The notes beneath the pieces were generated by a model, which worked only from the letters and a program-made list of their open reading frames with translations, ran no database searches and was not told the DNA's origin. Shown piece by piece: positions 46,905 to 57,410 of a stretch of 64,000 nt of DNA. A program made the position numbers and the translations under genes. Every line of letters starts with the position of its first letter. Position 1 is the stretch's first letter. This DNA comes from Candidatus Kaiserbacteria bacterium RIFCSPHIGHO2_01_FULL_53_31 (GTDB lineage: Bacteria; Patescibacteriota; Minisyncoccia; Phycocordibacterales; Phycocordibacteraceae): positions 3,651-67,650 of the forward strand of contig MFKU01000005.1 in the NCBI GenBank assembly GCA_001781095.1. The letters are read 5' to 3'.

Positions 46905-47504
46905 ATGAGAACCTTGAAAGTGGTCTTTACGGCCTTGATACTGAGTGGAATCGTCGCATCGACGGCCTCGGCCGCGTACATCAACGCGGAAGAGTCGGGT
47001 GCGCAGTACTACTGCACGCGCGGGCACGGATACAAAATCTGCGCCTCAGGGGACACTCTCACCATCTGGGTTCCCGTACTGCCAGACAAGTATCTAGCGG
47101 GTGTCGGTACCTATTGCGATGAGATGGGTGACTGCTGGGATTACCCGATGCTGTACGATGAGTCCTCTGCCGCGGTGTCGGTCGAAGTGATTGACGCGAA
47201 CAACATCTCGAAGTACATCTCGACGCCGAAAGCGGTCAAGTTCAACTGGTGGGGAGGTGTGACCTGGGCCAGCGTCGTTGTGCCGGCATCGTCCACGCGA
47301 AGTCTTTCACGCAATGAAGCGTGGTATAACTTCAAAGTACGTGCCACTGGACCGCGGTTCGATACTCAAAGCGAGTACGATGTGTGGATCCAGCTCAACT
47401 ACGTACCGCCCACGTGCACTGGAGACACCTGTGGCGGAGGCGGTGGGTATGGCAAAGGTCTATCCACCGGACCGACCACAACAGGTCGCTTGACGACCCG
47501 CTAG
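46905..47504 (+). CDS. secreted Cys-containing hypothetical protein
   Basis: Signal peptide ending ASA; GAGGAGG SD; TTGACA promoter; two hairpins at 47515-47580. Confidence 0.75.
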   Translation: MRTLKVVFTALILSGIVASTASAAYINAEESGAQYYCTRGHGYKICASGDTLTIWVPVLPDKYLAGVGTYCDEMGDCWDYPMLYDESSAAVSVEVIDANNISKYISTPKAVKFNWWGGVTWASVVVPASSTRSLSRNEAWYNFKVRATGPRFDTQSEYDVWIQLNYVPPTCTGDTCGGGGGYGKGLSTGPTTTGRLTTR

Positions 47505-47641
47505 TCAACACCGCGGGAGGCGCGCAATACGGCGCGCCTCCCAAGAAACTATAGACCCCAACATATTGTTCGGGGTTTTTGTGTTTTTATACAAACAATC
47601 ATCATATTGACTCAAAGGTTGATTGGTAGCATCATAGATAC

Positions 47642-48409
47642 ATGATGGACATTGAGGAACTATCGAAGGCTCAACTTATATTACTCACCATTCTTGTCAA
47701 TTTCGTCACGTCGGTCGCGACGGGCATTTTGACCGTATCGCTCCTCGATAAGGCGCCACCGGTCGTCACACAGACCATCAATCGTGTCGTGGACCATACG
47801 ATTGAACGCGTCGTGGAGGCGGTTCCGGAAGTTATTCGACCGTCCTCTCCTGCTCCGTCGAATCAGGATCTGGTCACGGCCGCTCTCGCTCTAGACGCGG
47901 AGCGCACGGTCGCTATTCACAGTGAAAAGACCGGCACCTCGACGCCCGCGATCTCACTCGGCACGTATTTGCCGGGAGCACGGGCGATTATTACCGCTGC
48001 GCGAGACTCGCTGCCAAAAGAAGTGCTCGTTGGATTCGCAAATGGTGCGTACATACCCGCATCACTTTCACATAGCGGCAATGGTGTCATGATTTACGGT
48101 TTTTCTGACACGGCAGCACTTCCAAAAGTCACAGCCCCTCTCTTGATACCATCAAAGGATTTGAAGATTGGACAAACGGCGCTTGCTATCGCAGTGGACG
48201 GCGCTGCAGCGACGGGCATCGTCGCGCGAGTGAATGACGCCGGTATACGTACCACACTTCCGGACATCGGCGCGGGAAGTGCCGTCGTAGATCTAACGGG
48301 TAATCTTATCGGCATCGCTGCGAGTAGCGCCACACCAGGTATTCTTATCAGCGCGGACACTATTACCACGCTTCTTACTGCTACATCGACAACGGTAAAA
48401 GGTTCTTAA
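47642..48409 (+). CDS. membrane-anchored trypsin/HtrA-like protein, catalytically degenerate
   Basis: DIEELSK.Q.ILL..FVTS.ATGI.TVSL N-terminus; L.IGQ; GSAVVDLTGNLIGI in place of GNSGGPL. Confidence 0.7.
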   Translation: MMDIEELSKAQLILLTILVNFVTSVATGILTVSLLDKAPPVVTQTINRVVDHTIERVVEAVPEVIRPSSPAPSNQDLVTAALALDAERTVAIHSEKTGTSTPAISLGTYLPGARAIITAARDSLPKEVLVGFANGAYIPASLSHSGNGVMIYGFSDTAALPKVTAPLLIPSKDLKIGQTALAIAVDGAAATGIVARVNDAGIRTTLPDIGAGSAVVDLTGNLIGIAASSATPGILISADTITTLLTATSTTVKGS

Positions 48410-48445
48410 TGCGATTTCTATTTTCGGTCATCTACTATCCAGGAT

Positions 48446-51121
48446 ATGCCTCCCTCTAACAATTTCACCACCAAAGCTAAAGAAGCCGTCCGTCGCGCCC
48501 ACGAACTGGCTATCGAACGTGGGCAGAATCACGTATCTTCGCTTCACATGCTGGCGGCGCTCGTACTTCAGGAAGAATCGCTGGTTTTCTCGATGCTCGA
48601 TCGCATGGAGGTGGACACTATCATGCTTGCAGACGCGACACTCGAGCATCTCGAAGCGCCCGAGTCAGCATCGGTACTGTCGCCTTCCTACCAGATATAT
48701 CTAACGCCAGATCTGGCGCAAGCGCTTGAAGCATCGGGGAAAATTGCAGCGCGTATGAACGAGACCTTTGTCGGTACCGAGCATCTCTTTCTCGCTATTA
48801 TCGAACATCCCGGACCTGCGGCTGATATCCTGTCACGCTTCTCAATTAATCAAAACTCGGCACTTGCCGTTCTGAAGGAACTCAAAAGTGCTAAGGACGG
48901 GCAGATTGAGAGCCCGAAACGCTTCCGTGCGCTTGCGAAATATGCACGCAATCTGACGCGCCTCGCCGCCGAGAACAAGCTCGACCCGGTAATAGGGCGC
49001 GACATCGAGATTAATCGTGTGATTCAAATCCTCGCTCGCCGAACGAAGAATAATCCGGTACTTATCGGAGAAGCAGGTGTGGGGAAAACAGCCATAGCAG
49101 AAGGACTCGCAGCGCGCATGGCGACCGGGGAGGTTCCCGAGTCTCTGAAGGGTAAGGAGCTTCTCTCGCTCGATCTCGGCCTCATGATCGCCGGCACCAA
49201 GTATCGAGGAGAATTTGAGGAGCGTATGAAGAACGTGATGAAAGAAGTCGAACGCGCGGAGGGTAAAGTGATCCTCTTTGTCGATGAGCTACACACACTC
49301 GTGGGTGCCGGAGGAGCCGAGGGTTCTCTTGATGCGTCGAATATGCTGAAGCCGGCCCTGTCGCGCGGCGAGATCCGCGTCATTGGTGCGACCACGCTAA
49401 AGGAATATCAGAAGTATATCGAGAAAGATGCGGCACTCACGCGCCGTTTCCAATCAGTCTTTGTGCAAGAACCGACCGTTGAAGACGGTATAGCTATATT
49501 GCGCGGACTTCGCGACAAATATGAGCTTTTCCATGGGGTGCGCATCACCGACGGTGCCATCGTTGCGGCTGTTGAACTCTCTGCGCGCTACATCAGTGAT
49601 CGGTTCTTGCCAGATAAGGCAATTGATCTTATCGATGAGGCCGCGTCGGGGTTGCGCATTGCGCTCGAGAATAAGCCGCCGCTCCTTGAGGAGACCGACC
49701 GCAAGATACGCCGACTTGAGATCGAGCGTCAGGCACTCCAGAAGGATCTTGATGGCGACCGAGCAAAAGAAATAAAGGAGCGTATTAAAGCTATCGATTC
49801 GGAAGTCGCTGATCTGAGAGAAAAGACGAGTGAGCTTGAGCTCAAGTGGAAGAATGAGAAGGAAGTTCTCGAGGGTATTCGTGCAGCGAAGACTGAACTT
49901 GAGTCGCTCAAGGTGCAGGCAGATAACGCGGAAATGAATGCTGATCTCGGCACGGTCGCAGAGATTCGCTATGGCCGGATCCCACAGATTCAGAAAGACC
50001 TCGAAATCAAGCTCAAGCGCCTGAAGACATTGCAGAAATCTCGTCGAGTATTAAACGAAGAAGTGGCGGAGCAGGATATCGCAACAGTGGTAAGTCGGTG
50101 GACCGGCATTCCTGTTGCGAGGATGATTGAGGAAGAAGCCGCGAAGCTAGCGCGCATGGAGCAAGCGCTCGAGAGCGGCATCATCGGTCAGGACGATGCC
50201 GTCAAGAAAGTGACTGATGCAGTAAAGCGCTCTCGCGTGGGCATCAGCGACCCGAATCGCCCTATCGGATCGTTCCTCTTCCTCGGACCGACGGGTGTCG
50301 GGAAGACCGAGCTCTCGAAGAAACTCGCGGAGTTTATGTTCAATGATACTGAAGCGCTTGTCCGCGTCGATATGAGCGAGTTCATGGAGAAGCACTCGGT
50401 GGCCAAGCTTATCGGAGCGCCGCCGGGATACGTCGGATATGAAGAATCCGGCACTCTCACCGAGAGAATACGTCATCGCCCGTATGCAGTGGTGCTTTTC
50501 GACGAGATCGAGAAAGCGCATCCGGAAGTGTTCAACATTCTCCTACAGGTGCTCGACTCGGGGCACCTTACCGACGGCAAAGGGCGCAAGGTCAATTTCA
50601 AGAACACGATTATCGTGCTGACATCAAACATCGGCGGAGAATATATCGATAGGCTCGCGCACATCGGCTTCGGTACGGCAGACGCAACCGAAGCGAGTCG
50701 GTACGAAGAGACGAAGGAGAAAGTCATGGAAGCACTCAAGGAACACTTTCGCCCCGAGTTCTTGAACCGACTCGATGACATCATCATCTTCGACGTACTC
50801 GCGAAGGAGGCGCTAGCACGCATCGTCGATAATCAGGTGGAAGAGGTCGTGAAGCGACTTGCCCAGAAGCGCATCGCGCTCGCAATAGAACCGGAGGTGA
50901 AGACCTGGCTCGCCGATAAGGGATATAACCCACAGTACGGTGCCCGCCCGCTTCGCCGCACCATCCAGGACAAGATTCTCACACCGCTCGCATCCCTCAT
51001 GGTCGCACAAGGCCTCATGGAGGGCGGCACAGTTACGGTCTCTATCAAAAACGGTGAGCCCTATTTCGATGTGAAGAAGCGAGCGGCAAAGATTGTTCGC
51101 GTCGCATCGACCGCTGCCTAA
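48446..51121 (+). CDS. clpB: ATP-dependent chaperone ClpB
   Basis: GEAGVGKT and GPTGVGKT Walker A motifs; long M-domain with AEIRYG; GAPPGYVGY. Confidence 0.96.
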   Translation: MPPSNNFTTKAKEAVRRAHELAIERGQNHVSSLHMLAALVLQEESLVFSMLDRMEVDTIMLADATLEHLEAPESASVLSPSYQIYLTPDLAQALEASGKIAARMNETFVGTEHLFLAIIEHPGPAADILSRFSINQNSALAVLKELKSAKDGQIESPKRFRALAKYARNLTRLAAENKLDPVIGRDIEINRVIQILARRTKNNPVLIGEAGVGKTAIAEGLAARMATGEVPESLKGKELLSLDLGLMIAGTKYRGEFEERMKNVMKEVERAEGKVILFVDELHTLVGAGGAEGSLDASNMLKPALSRGEIRVIGATTLKEYQKYIEKDAALTRRFQSVFVQEPTVEDGIAILRGLRDKYELFHGVRITDGAIVAAVELSARYISDRFLPDKAIDLIDEAASGLRIALENKPPLLEETDRKIRRLEIERQALQKDLDGDRAKEIKERIKAIDSEVADLREKTSELELKWKNEKEVLEGIRAAKTELESLKVQADNAEMNADLGTVAEIRYGRIPQIQKDLEIKLKRLKTLQKSRRVLNEEVAEQDIATVVSRWTGIPVARMIEEEAAKLARMEQALESGIIGQDDAVKKVTDAVKRSRVGISDPNRPIGSFLFLGPTGVGKTELSKKLAEFMFNDTEALVRVDMSEFMEKHSVAKLIGAPPGYVGYEESGTLTERIRHRPYAVVLFDEIEKAHPEVFNILLQVLDSGHLTDGKGRKVNFKNTIIVLTSNIGGEYIDRLAHIGFGTADATEASRYEETKEKVMEALKEHFRPEFLNRLDDIIIFDVLAKEALARIVDNQVEEVVKRLAQKRIALAIEPEVKTWLADKGYNPQYGARPLRRTIQDKILTPLASLMVAQGLMEGGTVTVSIKNGEPYFDVKKRAAKIVRVASTAA

Positions 51122-51194
51122 ACGCTAAGGACATCAGATATCCTCAGAATATGAGGATATTGGCATGTTTTTCTCGATATGTTATTCTACTCGC

Positions 51195-51365
51195 ATGTCT
51201 CAAGATCGCCTCATCCGCGTGCAATCGTCTGCCTCGAAGCACATCGTTATTACGCGTAAGAACAAGAAAACTGTTCAGCGTAAGCTGGAACTCACTAAGT
51301 ACGACCCGGTCGCGCGTAAACGCGCGACCTACAAGGAAATAAAGTGGAAGGGAAAGGGGGGATAA
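51195..51365 (+). CDS. rpmG: 50S ribosomal protein L33 (Cys-free type)
   Basis: T.KNKK...KLELTKYDPVARK...YKE. Confidence 0.92.
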   Translation: MSQDRLIRVQSSASKHIVITRKNKKTVQRKLELTKYDPVARKRATYKEIKWKGKGG

Positions 51366-51374
51366 CGAATACTC

Positions 51375-52124
51375 CTAGCCGTTTGAATACTCGCTGATTA
51401 TTTGCAATGTTTCATCAGGGCCGGAGACCTGGCGCGTGGCGATTCCCGTTTCTCCGACCACTTCGTCGTTGCCCTCCGGGTAGAGTGCGTCTCCTACATA
51501 GAGCATCTCACTTATGGGAATAGAAAGATGTTCGGAAAGACGCCTGATACCATACGCCTTGTTCACGCCATGTCGGGTAACGTCGACGGATGTCGACCCG
51601 CCTGTTTTGACGTCGTATTCCGGCAGTAACCTCGCGATCGCATCGCGCAGAGCTCGCTTCTTCGAGCCGTTTGGGTCCCATTTTTCTTTTTCTTCTATAG
51701 GAGCTTGCTGCCCAAGTGCTGAAAGTGTTACTTGCGCGCCGCGATACTCGATACGCTCGCCATAGCTCGGAGCAGACAAGTCGATCAAGCCAGTCTCTTC
51801 ACATGCGGAGCGTATCATTCCCCCGATTTTGCTCGTATCTTCTCCAGTGAGTATTTCTGCATAAACTTCATGCCAGTCTTCTTGCTTCCATACATACAGA
51901 GCTGCTCCCGAGGTTGGAAGTAGAAAAAGGTTTCCAAAATCCGATTCGACGGGCAATAGTGAGACGATATCGCGCTTGAGAATACTGAGCGAATCACCTG
52001 AAATAATGCCCACCCGTTTTGTCGCGAGCAGTTCTGACAGTGCTTTCACCATTTCAGAGTTTGCGGGCAACTTGCTGCGGGTCAGCGTCCTGTCAACATC
52101 GAAAATAATCATTACCGGCATCAT
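51375..52124 (-). CDS. HAD IIB hydrolase, phosphomannomutase-like
   Basis: FDVDRTL, IEYRG.Q...SALGQ.A...K..WD, GGSTSVD, GDAL..GND. Confidence 0.88.
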   Translation of the reverse strand: MMPVMIIFDVDRTLTRSKLPANSEMVKALSELLATKRVGIISGDSLSILKRDIVSLLPVESDFGNLFLLPTSGAALYVWKQEDWHEVYAEILTGEDTSKIGGMIRSACEETGLIDLSAPSYGERIEYRGAQVTLSALGQQAPIEEKEKWDPNGSKKRALRDAIARLLPEYDVKTGGSTSVDVTRHGVNKAYGIRRLSEHLSIPISEMLYVGDALYPEGNDEVVGETGIATRQVSGPDETLQIISEYSNG

Positions 52125-54034
52125 GATAGAGCGTTCAGTATATGAGAAAGTGAGGCTGTCGCAACGCCGACCACTCTATCTGCGCCGCCGTAATAGAGAA
52201 AGAGTGTGTCATCGCGCATGACCCCGCCGCAGGAGAAGACGACATTTGGCACATCGCCAACTTTCTCGTAGTCAAGAACGGCCTCAAAAATTGGATCGGC
52301 AGTTCTCGAAAGGACGACGAGGCCGGAACGATCAAGCAACGCGGCACCGAGACGATAGTGCGAGCGATGGGAAACGCCATGATAGATGAGGAGCCAGCCG
52401 CCAGCAACCTTAATAGGCGGACCTGCGATTCCTACTTTCGCGCTATCCCACATACCTATGCGCGGTCCCATGATCTCTATGCAGCGAGAGACGCGCTTCT
52501 TGAACGAAATGTCGGAAACGAGATCGGCGCAGATGTGGCCATTTATTCGGTGATAAAGCACATAGTCGCCATTTATCTGCTCTGGCAAGAGTCCGATGTC
52601 TTTATCGTCGACCTCGTCCGGCGTGATAAGCACCGGTTCGTCCCAGTTCTGAAACCGCTTCGCGAGAAAGTCATCAACGCTAATCGAACTGGCTGCGCCG
52701 CGCGGGTTGTGCGTGCCGTCATACGCGGTATAGGTGAGATGTACTCGGTTATCAATGACCACGAGTCGCGGATCTTCGCACCCGGAGTTACCATCTGGTT
52801 TTCCGCGCTTGCTCTCGAAGTCTGCACGCGGTACATACACCGGTGTCTCGAGGCGCTCGTCGATGTGAATACCGTCGCTGCTTCGAGCATATCCAAGCGT
52901 TGAGGTATTGTCTGCATTCATTGCGCGATAGAGCAAATGCACGGAGCCCGCAATATCAAGAGCGCCGGCATTTAGTACAGAATGGCTCTCGTAGCCGGAT
53001 CCACGCGGCACGAGAATAGGATTCTCCTTTGCACGCGTAAACGTGCGTGCAGGATCTGCCGGGTCAAGATCGCGTAAGAGGTCTGCGAGCTTAACGTCTG
53101 CCTTCGCGCAGGTCGTGTCTGCAGCGCCGTACCAGATCGAAAGTATGTCGCCCTGGATTGTCGCGCCGGAAGGGAAGACGATTCGCGGCACAATACCATA
53201 TTGCTCGTACGCTTCCTCCGGAACCATAAATGCGTACGATCGGGAGATGAGCTTCCGGGGATCATGTGCATCCAATATCGCGGCTTCGACACCGAAGATG
53301 CGCTCGTGTTCGGTATAGTATTTCTGTATATAGGAATAAATGAGTAGCCAGCCCATATCGGTCTTCAGGGGCGTTGCTCCTACTTCAATGTGATCATCGT
53401 CGGCGCGGCGGAGTTCGGTGAGCGCATGTTTGGCCAGATGTTCGTGCCATTCGTGCCAATATTCCGGATTGAAAAAGTGTGACACTTCTTTCGCGCGGGC
53501 GATCGCGATCATCGGCCGTGGATATTCGTTCGTCCAATCAGTATGCGCGGTGAGCAGAAGAACGACATCTCCATCAATTCGCTCGGGAAAGAGTGTCGCC
53601 GCTTTAGCGTTAAAAGGCGTTATAAGATGCCGTTCCGTGAAGTGATCCGGCGAATCGCCAATAGCAACGCCTATCTTAATGTTGCCCGGCCCAAAGGGAT
53701 AGCCGCCGAGTGCTGTGTAGAAGCAATACCACCTTCCCTCAAAGAAAGTGACGCGTGGGTCTTCGCAGCCAAATTCGTCCCATTCCTGAAGTGGTGCAAG
53801 AACCTGACGCCTCGAATGAAACTTGACCCCGTCAGCTGAGTGCGCTGTTCCGATTGAAGAAAGAGCGGCGTGCGGCGACACGAGCGCGTCGGGTGATCCG
53901 AGCGCGCGATAAAAAAGCTGTACCCCCTCATCTGTCTGCACCGCAGAGGGGTTAAACGTCGCGACTGCCTCCCACGGATGTTCTTTACGAGGCGACAATA
54001 TCGGATTCTCTTCTTGTCGGCGGACGACGAACAT
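52121..54034 (-). CDS. tandem GH130-family glycosidase/phosphorylase (two domains)
   Basis: Two copies of NPIL.P, (F/L)N, LYRA, GCEDPR, VF..G, YG.AD. Confidence 0.9.
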   Translation of the reverse strand: MFVVRRQEENPILSPRKEHPWEAVATFNPSAVQTDEGVQLFYRALGSPDALVSPHAALSSIGTAHSADGVKFHSRRQVLAPLQEWDEFGCEDPRVTFFEGRWYCFYTALGGYPFGPGNIKIGVAIGDSPDHFTERHLITPFNAKAATLFPERIDGDVVLLLTAHTDWTNEYPRPMIAIARAKEVSHFFNPEYWHEWHEHLAKHALTELRRADDDHIEVGATPLKTDMGWLLIYSYIQKYYTEHERIFGVEAAILDAHDPRKLISRSYAFMVPEEAYEQYGIVPRIVFPSGATIQGDILSIWYGAADTTCAKADVKLADLLRDLDPADPARTFTRAKENPILVPRGSGYESHSVLNAGALDIAGSVHLLYRAMNADNTSTLGYARSSDGIHIDERLETPVYVPRADFESKRGKPDGNSGCEDPRLVVIDNRVHLTYTAYDGTHNPRGAASSISVDDFLAKRFQNWDEPVLITPDEVDDKDIGLLPEQINGDYVLYHRINGHICADLVSDISFKKRVSRCIEIMGPRIGMWDSAKVGIAGPPIKVAGGWLLIYHGVSHRSHYRLGAALLDRSGLVVLSRTADPIFEAVLDYEKVGDVPNVVFSCGGVMRDDTLFLYYGGADRVVGVATASLSHILNALS

Positions 54035-54035
54035 G

Positions 54036-55199
54036 TTACGCAGTTGAGAGCGGCCTCGATAAAAGAGGAGCGTGTTCGCTCTTCATAAGCGCCCGCAGGA
54101 AATCGGCAAGCGGCGCAAACGCGACACAGATAACCTTGTCAGCACCACCGTAGTAGACGTAGAGCAGATCGTCTTTGATGGTAGCGCCACAGGCGAAGAC
54201 GATTCCTGGTTTGCCATCATTCTCATACTGTTCATCCGGTTCGAGAATGGGGTTCGATGAGCGGTACAGAACATTCGTTGGGTCATCGAGATCGAGCAAC
54301 ATCGCACCGAGCTTGTAGCGATGTCGTTCCAGTTTATCGTTGGCATGATAGAAGAGGAGCCAGCCTTTCGGAGTTCGTAGGGGCGGCGGTCCGGCACCAC
54401 GCACGAAGCTGTCCCAGTAATCATCGCGAGCATGCACGTCACAACGGGCACCGTTCCAGCTCTCGACAAATGGTTCAGTGATGCCAATGTTATCGATCGA
54501 ATCGCGATATTCGATCTCGATCTTCGGCGAAATGCTATGCAATATCGCAAATCTGCCGTCGATTTTTTCCGGGAAGAGAACCCAATTTTTATGGCGCTCG
54601 CCTGGCCCCGAGAGGAATTGAGGCGAGGTTAGATTATGAAATCGTTTAGAGAAGAAGTCTTTTGTAGAGATCGAAGTACAGGTGATCCGAATACTGTCCC
54701 AGCTGTCGAACATATTGAAGGTAATATAGATGCGACCATCAATCTCAACCATGCGTGGATCCTCGCAGCCACCCCAGCTGCCACCCGAGGGATACATCGC
54801 GGGACTATACCGCCGTTCTTCTTCGCCAGTCCGCGGATTGATCGCGGCATAGATCGGATAAGGAAACTGATCATCGAAGACAAACCCGTTTGGAGAGGAC
54901 GCGTACCCGAGGCGCGAAACTCCATCGCTACCGACCGATCGGTATACGAGATGTGTACGGCCACCCTGAACCACGGCGGCGGGATTAAAGACTGCTTCAG
55001 CACGCCACGGATGCCTGCCCGGCTGAATAACCGGGTTACCAAGAATGCGCGCGAGCGAGAGATCGCGGCGACCGATAGCACGAGCCACCTCCTGTATCTT
55101 TTCTCGCAGAGGAGCATACAAGAAGGCGCCCACCATGCATCCCACCACGAAGAAGGAAATGAGAATCGCGAACCAGTACACTAAAAGGAGTGCGCTCAT
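54036..55199 (-). CDS. GH130-family protein with N-terminal TM
   Basis: NPVIQP, FNPAA, GCEDPR, KNWVLFPEKIDG, YYGGAD. Confidence 0.9.
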   Translation of the reverse strand: MSALLLVYWFAILISFFVVGCMVGAFLYAPLREKIQEVARAIGRRDLSLARILGNPVIQPGRHPWRAEAVFNPAAVVQGGRTHLVYRSVGSDGVSRLGYASSPNGFVFDDQFPYPIYAAINPRTGEEERRYSPAMYPSGGSWGGCEDPRMVEIDGRIYITFNMFDSWDSIRITCTSISTKDFFSKRFHNLTSPQFLSGPGERHKNWVLFPEKIDGRFAILHSISPKIEIEYRDSIDNIGITEPFVESWNGARCDVHARDDYWDSFVRGAGPPPLRTPKGWLLFYHANDKLERHRYKLGAMLLDLDDPTNVLYRSSNPILEPDEQYENDGKPGIVFACGATIKDDLLYVYYGGADKVICVAFAPLADFLRALMKSEHAPLLSRPLSTA

Positions 55200-55561
55200 G
55201 CCGCCGGGGAATTGCGACCATAATCATCTTCGAGCCGCGTCTCATCGCTTTCACTAAAATTTCCTAACGCAATTTCTAGAAAAGACAGTTCATCCGGACC
55301 CGCGGCAATACGGTGCGATGCTCCTGCTGGAATCTCGAACTCATCTTGTGCCTTCGCAGGACGAGCAAGGCCATGTATCGTGACTTCCCCGATTCCGGTG
55401 AGGATATACCAGAATTCAGCGCGCTTATGATGCGTTTGGAGCGAGAGCTCCTGATGCGGCTTGACGTGAATTATCTTCACAGTCGATGGTTCGTTCAGGG
55501 TAAAACGCTCGAAGAAACCCCAGGGCCGTGTTTCCTGCTCGTGATGAGTGAGAAAGTCCAT
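55196..55561 (-). CDS. mannose-6-phosphate isomerase, type II cupin
   Basis: RPWG, LSLQ.HHKRAEFW, HR, LEI, RLEDDYGR. Confidence 0.9.
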   Translation of the reverse strand: MDFLTHHEQETRPWGFFERFTLNEPSTVKIIHVKPHQELSLQTHHKRAEFWYILTGIGEVTIHGLARPAKAQDEFEIPAGASHRIAAGPDELSFLEIALGNFSESDETRLEDDYGRNSPAA

Positions 55562-55626
55562 AATATCTATAGCGTAGCACCAGCACGCGTCGAATTTACG
55601 CGCAATTCACAGGATTGCGGGACACC

Positions 55627-56049
55627 TTATTTAGTGAGCACCGAGGAGCTATAGCCAAGCCTTCGCATCTCGATGAAAAGAGTCTTCACAATACTTACTG
55701 CCTCCTCCTGATTTTCATATGAACTGGGATTTTCTCTCCACTGAATGATTACCTCTGGGTCGCTACCCAAACGCTCTAGTGCCTCGTCAACATCCTGCTG
55801 CAATTTCTTCTCCCTCTCGGCGCCACGTCCTCTCAAGTAGCCGCCGGGTAGGTGCGCATGGAAATTATTAAGAAAATTCAAAATGAGTGTGTCTCCCTCA
55901 AGTCTCTCCAGTTTTTCCCGCTCATCTCTTAGTAAAGTACCAGTCAGTTGTGTAATTTTCTCCGCGCGGTTACTCTCCGCATCTCGTAAGAGATCCTGCT
56001 CGGAATAGTCTTGAGGACTTATTTCTTTATTAGGGCTTTCTTGCGACAT
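55627..56049 (-). CDS. hypothetical protein (AT-richer islet)
   Basis: 140-aa acidic helical ORF. Confidence 0.6.
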   Translation of the reverse strand: MSQESPNKEISPQDYSEQDLLRDAESNRAEKITQLTGTLLRDEREKLERLEGDTLILNFLNNFHAHLPGGYLRGRGAEREKKLQQDVDEALERLGSDPEVIIQWRENPSSYENQEEAVSIVKTLFIEMRRLGYSSSVLTK

Positions 56050-56221
56050 CTATATATACTAGCAGAACAGGAATCTCTCCTTAGAATTTATCCTCTGGCT
56101 AGATTAAGTATGGAGAGGGTAGGAAGATTGGATATCTTGAGAGCCCCCGTGCTGTTCATGATGCACATGAAGTTCACGGGGCTTACGGGTTTACTTCTAG
56201 TTTCTGTAGTACAATCCCCGT

Positions 56222-57058
56222 ATGAACCGGAAGAGGTTTGCAGTCATAGCCTTGGTTGTAATTATTATTGCTGCGGGCAGTTATTTTGTTGTTAATAGTA
56301 ATGGGGGTAAATACATTCAGATAAAGACTCCTTCTGAAGCATTAGGTTTCGGTAAATACATTACAAATCCGAATAATGTATCATATGAATTCATAGACGC
56401 ACGAATATTGACCTCATCGAATGCAGCTCCAAAACAGTACTACAAACTCTGCGGCTCCGATGAGACTTCTGCCATGTCGCTTTTCACGAAATATTTAGCT
56501 TATAAAAATCACGATATTATACTGGACGACCCGACAAAATCTCCTGAACAAAAACAGCAACGAATGGCAGAAGGGTACGGCACGCGGCACCTTGTTGATC
56601 ATTGGAAAGCTGATACTCATTATCACTATGTAATCTCTACTTCTGGTAATCCTTTCTGGGAACACGTCATATTAGAAGACTGTCATTACTTTACTCCGAC
56701 CACTGAAGAACGCGCCATAATCTTCGGTGAAGATTATTCAATGTCGATCGGTACGTTCAATTATTCTCTGAAAACGGCAGATAGTTTTTTAAGTTTTCTT
56801 CAATATTATTATGCTAAGGATTGGACCTTTATTGCTGAAAACAAACTTCATAGCATGTCGGTTGCGGAGGATGCAAACACCATAACAATCTCATTTAAGG
56901 TTGCACTCATACATTCTGGAGATTGGGGATTGCCAACGACGTACTCTTATCACCTCGTCACCCATACGCTTGATAAGAAGACGGGGAATATGATTGTATC
57001 CTGGAAAAAAATCGGAGCACCAACATCTGGGCATATCGATGGAAACTTACTTAAGTAG
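56222..57058 (+). CDS. membrane-anchored hypothetical protein (AT-richer islet)
   Basis: N-terminal TM; TACAAT 6 nt upstream of the start. Confidence 0.7.
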   Translation: MNRKRFAVIALVVIIIAAGSYFVVNSNGGKYIQIKTPSEALGFGKYITNPNNVSYEFIDARILTSSNAAPKQYYKLCGSDETSAMSLFTKYLAYKNHDIILDDPTKSPEQKQQRMAEGYGTRHLVDHWKADTHYHYVISTSGNPFWEHVILEDCHYFTPTTEERAIIFGEDYSMSIGTFNYSLKTADSFLSFLQYYYAKDWTFIAENKLHSMSVAEDANTITISFKVALIHSGDWGLPTTYSYHLVTHTLDKKTGNMIVSWKKIGAPTSGHIDGNLLK

Positions 57059-57206
57059 TAACCCTCCGTTCTGGGATAACGGACGGGCCACCAGGAATAC
57101 GTTTCTCGACCCTTACAGGGTCAGGTAGCTTTCATCGAAACTGCACTTGGGACGCACGCGCCCCGCGCGTGCTTCGGCCCGCAGTTTGTCACTGCGTTCC
57201 AAACTG

Positions 57207-57277
57207 CGGGCCCACCAGGACTCGAACCTGGGACGGCGGTTTTGGAGACCGCTGTTTTACCACTAAACTATAGGCCC
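57207..57277 (-). tRNA. tRNA-Trp(CCA)
   Basis: GGGCCTA acceptor, GCGGT-CTCCAAA-ACCGC anticodon arm, GGTTCGAGTCC; no encoded CCA. Confidence 0.95.
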
Positions 57278-57410
57278 AATCTGCCCAGCTTACTTCAAGC
57301 AGTCAGTATTTACCAGAACAGTGCTACGCACTTCGAAGCTCCGTTTCCTAACGGAGCATAGTAGTGGGGAAAGCGGCTCAGTGCGGCGAAGCACGCGGTA
57401 TGATGATGGT

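Noticed and set aside
55615-55626. TGCGGGACACC as a distal att copy of tRNA-Trp
   Set aside because: The match is too short and degenerate to distinguish from chance.
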